64,000 bases of DNA. Source: Phoronis australis. Taxonomy: Eukaryota > Animalia > Phoronida. Each line of letters starts with the position of its first letter. The stretch's first letter is position 1. The notes beneath the pieces were generated by a model. It did no database searches, was not told the origin of the DNA, and saw only the letters and a list, made by a program, of their open reading frames with translations. Below, in pieces: positions 54,101-64,000 of this stretch. The position numbers and the translations under genes are program-made. The DNA is taken from NCBI GenBank assembly GCA_002633005.1, contig NMRA01000730.1, positions 1-64,000 of the forward strand, read 5' to 3'.

Positions 54101-55233
54101 TAATATCAAGTGGCTATACTTTTGGAACCAAGTTGTACACAATAACCTAGATTTGTTCAAAGAGCAGTAATTGCCGAGATCACCCAACCCAGGGACCAAC
54201 CTCAGTCACTGAGTCAGTGAACCCGATACAGTTACGAGACCTGAGTACAACCAGCAAGACTGCTAACTGTAGTAAGAGCCAAGATTACCCGACCCGGGAA
54301 TCGAACCAGCGACCCCCATAAAACCGGCAAGTGTGCTAACCATTCAGCTAATAGGCAATTGCCCGTTAGCGAGTGGCTAACAGAGGCTCATATATGATTC
54401 ACCAGAAGCACGTCTACAACATTCCCCCCTTTCCTACGGAACGGGCACGCCACCAGGAAGGTGAACACCAGGATGTCTCCCATACGTAGGTCATCAATGT
54501 CTCTTGGTACTTTTACCAACACAACACACAGGTGAACACAACGTAGTCTCTCATACACAGGTCCTCGACTCCTGCAACCTTCCATGCGCACTGTCCGCGG
54601 GTACTAGTTGGCAGTACTTCATCCGTTTGCCGACTACGCCACTTGTAGTAATAGCCGAGATTACCCAACCCGGGGATCGAACGAGGGACCCCCATAAAAC
54701 CAGCAAGCGTTCTAACCATTCAGCTAATAGGCAATTGCCCGTTAGCGAGTGGCTAACACAGGCTCATATATATGATTCAGCGGAAGCTCGTCTACAACAT
54801 AACCATTCGGCAAATAGGCAATTGCTCATTGGAGAGTGGCTGATAGAAGCTAGTATGATTTACCACAGTCACGTCTACAACAACAGTTTGCTTACACTAA
54901 CCAGGCAGTAATGAGATGAATACAAACCCGCCTCCCGTTCAGTAACGCTAGGACCTCGCTAAAAAGCAAGACTTCGCGAGATTATGTGAGATACTGCATT
55001 TTAAATGAGAGCACGTGACTTTGACTAGGTTTTAGCTAGGTCCTAGCGTAGGTCCTATCGTCTACTGAACGCACGCCTGAACTTCGACTCAACACAGATT
55101 CATAGGAAAGAGACGAACCTAACTTGGCGACAGTTTCAGGATGAGGTGGTCTAGGTTTCATCATTCCTCGCCCTCGGCCTCTACCACGACCAGCGCTAGG
55201 CGTGGTATCGCCAGGAGAATCTGTGCTTGACAT
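39171..55233 (-). CDS. PAIP1: Polyadenylate-binding protein-interacting protein 1, 10 coding exons, 472 aa
   Basis: Exons 55233-55119, 52452-52142, 51614-51441, 49132-49014, 46815-46707, 45626-45498, 43745-43639, 43038-42912, 42342-42206 and 39261-39171 splice in frame (1419 nt, all GT-AG). Contains PAM2 motifs, MIF4G segments (YSAARLCSHL, FTQFIGEIYLSL, LVDLRSNNWGR), TEPVFY and an acidic C-terminus DEDEIAEAFEQFMIESE. Confidence 0.95.
39620..40250. repeat. SINE-like head (- strand) followed by an interspersed repeat shared with ~49560-49900
   Basis: GGGATTCAAACC...TAGAGCTA are tRNA-like boxes on the minus strand. TATCTCAGAAATGGC...GTTCCACTT(T/A)TGCATGA recurs at ~49630-49745. Confidence 0.5.
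40272..41739 (+). mobile_element. Non-autonomous Helentron-type (HINE/Pearl-like) element spanning the assembly gap
   Basis: AACAAGAGC...GCGCCCACA 5' end; internal ~140-bp diverged repeats (GCCACTAGG...CCAAATTTCATGAA); (GGAC)n microsatellite at 41600-41690; terminal hairpin ATGCGTCCACATAT-AA-ATATGTGGGCGCAT. The hairpin recurs inverted at ~57129-57165. Continuity across the gap is assumed. Confidence 0.65.
40496..41223. other. Assembly gap (N run)
   Basis: Run of N. Confidence 1.
44663..45062. mobile_element. MITE family A full copy (PIF/Harbinger-like, CTG TSD) inserted into a tRNA-SINE head
   Basis: TIRs GGCCTGGTCTCCAATCTTTTACTCGAAA / TTTGAGTACAAAGATTAGAGACCGGGCC with CTG duplicated. The flanks rejoin on the minus strand to GTGGCTCAGTGGTAAGAGCTCAGGACTAGC. 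Confidence 0.85.
45940..46382. repeat. ~42-bp minisatellite, ~10 diverged copies, in a PAIP1 intron
   Basis: Unit ACATCTTGATATTATCATCAAGTCTGGTATCACATCTTTCTG. Confidence 0.95.
47175..47348. repeat. Exact 87-bp tandem duplication
   Basis: GTTCACCATTCATTCTCGG...GTCTGAATAC occurs twice, identically. Confidence 0.9.
47698..48264. repeat. ~283-bp tandem duplication across a single N, likely an unmerged haplotype overlap
   Basis: 47698-47979 and 47981-48264 are near-identical and separated by N at 47980. Confidence 0.85.
50485..50960. mobile_element. Diverged Helentron-type element remnant with three ~140-160-bp internal repeats
   Basis: Recurrent ATGAAATT...CCAGTCGA(A/T)TTT...GCACCCC(C)TGTT units following a GTCAGTCCGTCTGT microsatellite remnant. 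Confidence 0.5.
52142..52452 (-). CDS. PAIP1: PAIP1 exon 2 with three PAM2 motifs
   Basis: SSLNINADVFVP, TSLSADAPEFIP and KPLSADAQEFVP. Confidence 0.92.
53901..53985 (+). mobile_element. tRNA-derived SINE head or tRNA pseudogene
   Basis: TAGCTCAGT...TGGTAAGAGCAC...GGTTCGATTCCC; the D and anticodon arms are disrupted. Confidence 0.55.
54163..54882 (-). mobile_element. Older diverged LTR of the TRIM family, split (54163-54267 and 54800-54882) by the younger TRIM
   Basis: The left half AGCAGTAATTGCCGAGATCACCCAACCC...CCAGCAAGACTGCTAAC and the right half TAACCATTCGGCAAATAGGCAATTG...GTCTACAACA align to successive parts of the TRIM LTR. Confidence 0.75.
54268..54799 (-). mobile_element. Complete non-autonomous miniature LTR retrotransposon (TRIM) with tRNA-like LTRs
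   Basis: LTRs 54799-54644 and 54421-54268 (TGTTGTAG...ACTACA); PBS TGGCGTAGTCGGCA (54641-54628); PPT AGGAAAGGGGGGAA (54435-54422); 4-bp TSD TAAC; A box TAGCTGAATGG and B box (G/C)GTTCGAT(T/C)CC in each LTR. Confidence 0.9.
54931..55076. mobile_element. MITE family B copy in PAIP1 intron 1
   Basis: Close copy of 23970-24119; flanks CCG/CTG. Confidence 0.8.
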
Positions 55234-55239
55234 TCGCAA

Positions 55240-56550
55240 GATATCGGGGAATTATTTTCCAGACACAATTGACTTACAAGGATTGCTTATGAGATGTTGT
55301 TCTGAGACGGCCGGAAATACCCACAATTCTAACTAACAGCCCAACTTCCCGTTTTCAACATTTTTTTTACTTGACGAGTTTATTACTTAACTGTGTTCAC
55401 AAAGGATTAGGAAATATATTTTCGTGTTCAAAAAGGAAAATTGTATGTTCGAAGGATTTTTAAGAGAATAAAGTAGCAGTAAGAGTGTCTTTTTCAAAAG
55501 TCCTGTTTGGTGAATCACATTTTAGTACAAATTGTTGCCGCAAGGGATTTGGTGTGTGGGACCTCTGCTTAGTTGCGACCCTGAGTCTCAAATGATAACG
55601 CACCCATAGATCTATTTTAATTCCAAGAAATAAAAGTATTTTATCTTATGGGTGTAATTGTAAAAAGTGATCGCAATGCTGCAACTTGTGCAGTAACAAA
55701 CGTGCAACATTGTGACACCGTCAGTGGCAGCCGCCACCTTGGCTCTACATAAATAGTAATTGACAATAATGAAAAATATAGTGGAACAGAAATCTAAAGT
55801 AATTTTGTCCACTTAAAATATAAAATGAGTACAAGTTTTATGTATACAATTGTTTAATGTAATGGACTATATAAAAAAATAAATTAAATTTAATGTTTTT
55901 TTATTAATGCTTAGTGTCAAATGGTCATTATTATAATTCTCCTATGCGCGGGAAAATGCGCAGGACATTGTTTTGACTGAAAGAAGAGATAACGTGCAAC
56001 CCGTTGAGTTTGTGGTGAAACCTCCACACAGATTTATCTATAAAAAGGTGAGTTACTTTGTGATACAGGAGTAGTACCTACGAGTAAAGTCATCATATCT
56101 TCGAAACAAACTTGTTTCATTTCACACACAGTGCGTCGTTTACAGCTGTTTGTTTACAGTACACGACTGAAATTGAAAAGCTCGAGTCGTTCAGTCAACT
56201 CGGACTCGGTGTCAGTGGAAGCTCCTCTCATCCGACTTCCGCCGTTACCCCCTGGTTACCTTCTTACTTACGCTGCTTCGTTGCGGAATTACGTCTTGGC
56301 TTGATTTTGAACCTTCACACTGTGTTATTAGCACTGTAGTGAAGAACGCGATTGTGACCTGTCGTTCCATGTGACTCTTTGCACTAGTGTAATACTATTA
56401 CACTGTAATAGTATTACTTTTACTATCAGTGTGGCTCTGGTAGGATTGGGTTGGGATTTAATTGAGAATTCTTCTGATTACTGTATCACAAGACTAAGGA
56501 TATCTTCCGAAGATGTCTCTTAACATTTCTTATGAGTATTTTGACAAAGG
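55240..56550. promoter_or_regulatory. Divergent PAIP1/ELOF1 promoter region with probable ELOF1 5' non-coding exon(s)
   Basis: Head-to-head genes; ETS-like CCGGAAAT (55311) and ACTTCCG (~56235); + strand donors AAG|GTGAGT (~56048) and AAG|GTACGT (~56550). The ELOF1 ATG lies 2 nt after an acceptor, so an upstream exon is required. Confidence 0.55.
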
Positions 56551-57865
56551 TACGTCTGTTGGTTGGGGATGATTACTCAGATTATTATCCAGTTTACAGG
56601 ATGAATTATTACGACAGTAGTCGCATGAACTTTTAGTTCAGTTCACTGGTGGGATATAGTGTCTCCTGAACTAGAGAACAAGTTTCACCCATTGAATAAT
56701 TGGCCTGTTATTCTGTGATTGGCTGACTCTCTTAGCTAGATGCCACTGTATCCATCCAGTGCCATAGTGTATAAAAATTCGCATACTGACATCAAGTATT
56801 GAGCTTCTGCCACCGGTGGGAGAGTCAAGTGTCCATACTGTTTGACCATGAGGCAATGGCCTATAGACAAGTGATTTGTAGAGGCTTTATTCAACTGTGC
56901 ATCAAAACCTGGAAGTCTCATGTTACAACAGCAGTCATAGACAGGTTGCCCGTCTTTGCTGCCGCCTCGTGACTTGGCTTACAGGCAGGTGACCTCTCCA
57001 TAACCTTCTGTACAATTTCATTTGATCTTGAGCACATGAAGTTTAGTTTAGCCAGAGTTAAGTGTAATTTGCTGAAAATCAGGCTTTCGGACTTTATTAG
57101 GATATGCATCATACAGCTGTCACTAGTTATGCGCCTACATATTTATATGTGGACGCATTATGCCATCATTTTGAGAATCTGGCACTCACGGAATAACTCC
57201 CGATTTACACTGGATGACACTGCTTGACATTCCTGGACCTGTAGTACACAACAAAGCCATTTAAAATAAATAAGGGCAAATAATGATAGAAACTCTTCAT
57301 TTTCGTGAGTTCAGCTCACGCGCTTGATTGTACCGGGTTGGCTACTTTTTAATGGGAGAAATAGCTTGTGGAAAACTGGAAAACTTGTAAAATGAAAACC
57401 CTTGGAGTGGATGGAATTTGCATCAAGTAAAACTTGGAGGTAATTGCTGTTTTCATGCGGGTGGTGTACAGTAGAGCTTATTGTTATTTGCATTGCTGTT
57501 ATCTCTGTCCGGGTGTCCACATCTGATGAAGGTTTTATCTTTTTAACAGCTAGCAGGGCCTAATAAATTAGTCAGATGTACTTCTATTAAATTGGTAACA
57601 GATGGCTATGATTTCCAGCTTGATCAGACTACCGCTGTGCCCTCAAGTGGATAATTTATTTTTTTCAGTTGCCTTTGTATTCGCAGTTCTTTTGTCTGGA
57701 CAAATAGGTTTCTGCTAGTGAGTACTAAATTCATACCCAGACATGAATTAAAACTACGTATTTAGTGTTCTACTCGAACTTTGTTGCGATCTCAGTGTTT
57801 TCATGGCATTCTGCGCTGAAGTATGTGCACTTTTCTTTGAATAAATACGTTAAATATTTTCAGAA

Positions 57866-62074
<4,209 letters not shown>

Positions 62075-64000
62075 CAAGACGCCTGAACACCAATCGTGGT
62101 GTCATCATACATTGACCAGTTCATGATAAGTTATTTTTACTCGCATCAGCCATTATATTTTCAATTTTGTTGTGAGTTCAGCCTCCTTTGTCTCGGCAGT
62201 TTCTTTAATTCACAAATGTAATGCAGTACTTTTTGTGACAGAGAGGCCGTGTTGTGAAAATTGTAGTTTTTCTGACAAGTATTTTTGAAATGTGAAAATG
62301 TCCACATTGAAAACATTCTATGTTAATTAATGATTGTAGTCAATGTTTGCTATTTGTTGAAATCCTTAACAACTTGCTGACTGAATTGAAATGTGTATTT
62401 TTTCTGTTGTCTTGATCATTGTCATGATCCGTTGAATTCTTTTACAACTTACTGACTGAATACATATAATTTTGTGTTGTATCTTGACTTGGACATATGA
62501 TTTTCATACTTGTCATTGAATGACCTATTGTTGGCAGGGTTCTTACGAAGATGGTTTTTAATCAAACACTTTCCATGTTCATGATGGTGTAAGAGGTGAT
62601 GGGTTTAAAGAAAAACGGCTTTAAGGACCACGATATGTAGTGGACAGTTTCATACATAAAATTTGATAAATGTTAATTGCTCATTATGTTTTGAAAATTT
62701 ATTTAAGTTGTAAGCCTTGCACCTATGCAGCAACACAGGTATAGCACATTTTTAATGTTATGTAATGTTACTGTAAGACATTTGTATATCTGTACTAGAA
62801 CACTATATCTGATATACTGCAGTGACTTATAAGTTTGGAATTGTTGAGCGCAGTATACTCTGTGTTGAATGACTGCTATTTGCAAAGTCAAATCAATATA
62901 CTTATTTGGAGTACGTTTTATCGTTTACTTTAGAGTTGACAATGGTCTTCAAATTTGCCATACGAAACACGTACATGGCTCTTGGTTCAAATAACAATTA
63001 AGTAATATGTATTATCTGTCTGGGTCGTACATGTAGTATAATTGTACTTCATTCTATTATGCAATGTAAACATTGAAGTTTCCCCAGTCAGAGTTGCTGG
63101 TAAGACACCACCCCACCCCCAAATATCCCTGCATATCTAAAGTGCTGACAACAGAAGCTGACCCCTCCTGGTTTATTGTGAAAAAGAAACATGTTATTCA
63201 TCTCTGGATAAAACTTGGCACCGAACCCTGTTTAGCGCACAATATGGCAGAAAAGTGAATTTTTATTTTTGTAAAATTTCTGAAGAAAAATTAAGATTTA
63301 AGAAAATTTTAGTCTGTTGGCTTGGTTTGTACTGTCTACTCGGTAAGTTTCCATTACATTGAATTTAGTACACCGCACTCCCAGTTTTAAGGGCCCCCTA
63401 TGGACACGAACAAAGAAAGTGATGCTGGCGTGCCATTTTTGTTTTCTGCCAACATTTATCCTTAGAAAAATCTGGTTGGGCCTCCTCACTCAAGGCATGT
63501 TAGATTTGCCACGTATGCAAGGTTACAACGTAAAAGTTTGAACCACATGTCAGTATGAGTAAGACGTTCTTCACAAAAACAAATTCCGATTTAAACCAGT
63601 TGCTGTTATGAAATTGGTTTTTAAATTTTCCCTGGCCAAGTTTGAGGTGATTTCAGAGCTTCACAAGAACTGACAGTTTGTTATTCCTCAAGACCAGGCT
63701 CTACAAGTTGGCTTGTTATTGCGTGTTATTCAATGCACAAAACATGGTCTCAATGAGTAACAAACTGTCTATTATTAAATAACCCAGAAATAACTGCCCA
63801 TCTGATAATGAACAAGTAGAGACCAATTTTATAGGAGCATGTGGTCTACACCAAAAGTTTCCCTTCCTCGGATTGACCACTCATGAGCAAATCGTATGTA
63901 CAAATACAACTTAGCAATGCAGTGTTCGCCCTACTCTTCCAAAAAGTGGGGTTCAATGGACCCACCAGTATTTTTGGGGTCCATGAAACTTAGTCCCGAA

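Noticed and set aside
53901-54760. Functional tRNA genes
   Set aside because: A and B boxes are present but acceptor and anticodon stems do not pair properly; they are SINE- or LTR-embedded tRNA-like sequences.
62363-62382. Second perfect U12 branch site TCCTTAAC in the ELOF1 3' UTR
   Set aside because: No AG at the expected distance and no coding continuation; probably chance.

Overview
AT-rich, intron-rich animal genomic DNA; the repeat types suggest a marine invertebrate, but the species cannot be fixed from sequence alone. There is one ~730-N gap. Five protein-coding genes can be spliced by hand: (1) the first two coding exons of a probable LRR gene (- strand, 2.9-3.1 kb, RFX X-box upstream); (2) a two-exon, ~394-aa, mostly disordered protein with a PP1-type RVxF motif (- strand, 16.7-21.2 kb); (3) an unusual + strand gene (24.3-34.5 kb) with ~5 tandem diverged ubiquitin-like domains and a C-terminal death domain, behind paired NF-kB sites; (4) PAIP1 (- strand, 10 exons, 472 aa) with three PAM2 motifs; (5) ELOF1 (+ strand, 83 aa) with a U12-type intron. 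The two best novelty candidates are the poly-UBL/death-domain gene and a complete 532-bp miniature LTR retrotransposon (TRIM). The TRIM's LTRs carry a tRNA-like Pol III promoter, and it has inserted into the A-box of an older LTR of its own family. Other repeats include a ~1-kb fold-back made of two Penelope GIY-YIG fragments, a decayed LINE RT, Harbinger- and Kolobok-like MITEs, Helentron-type elements and minisatellites. All calls are by eye; no searches were run.
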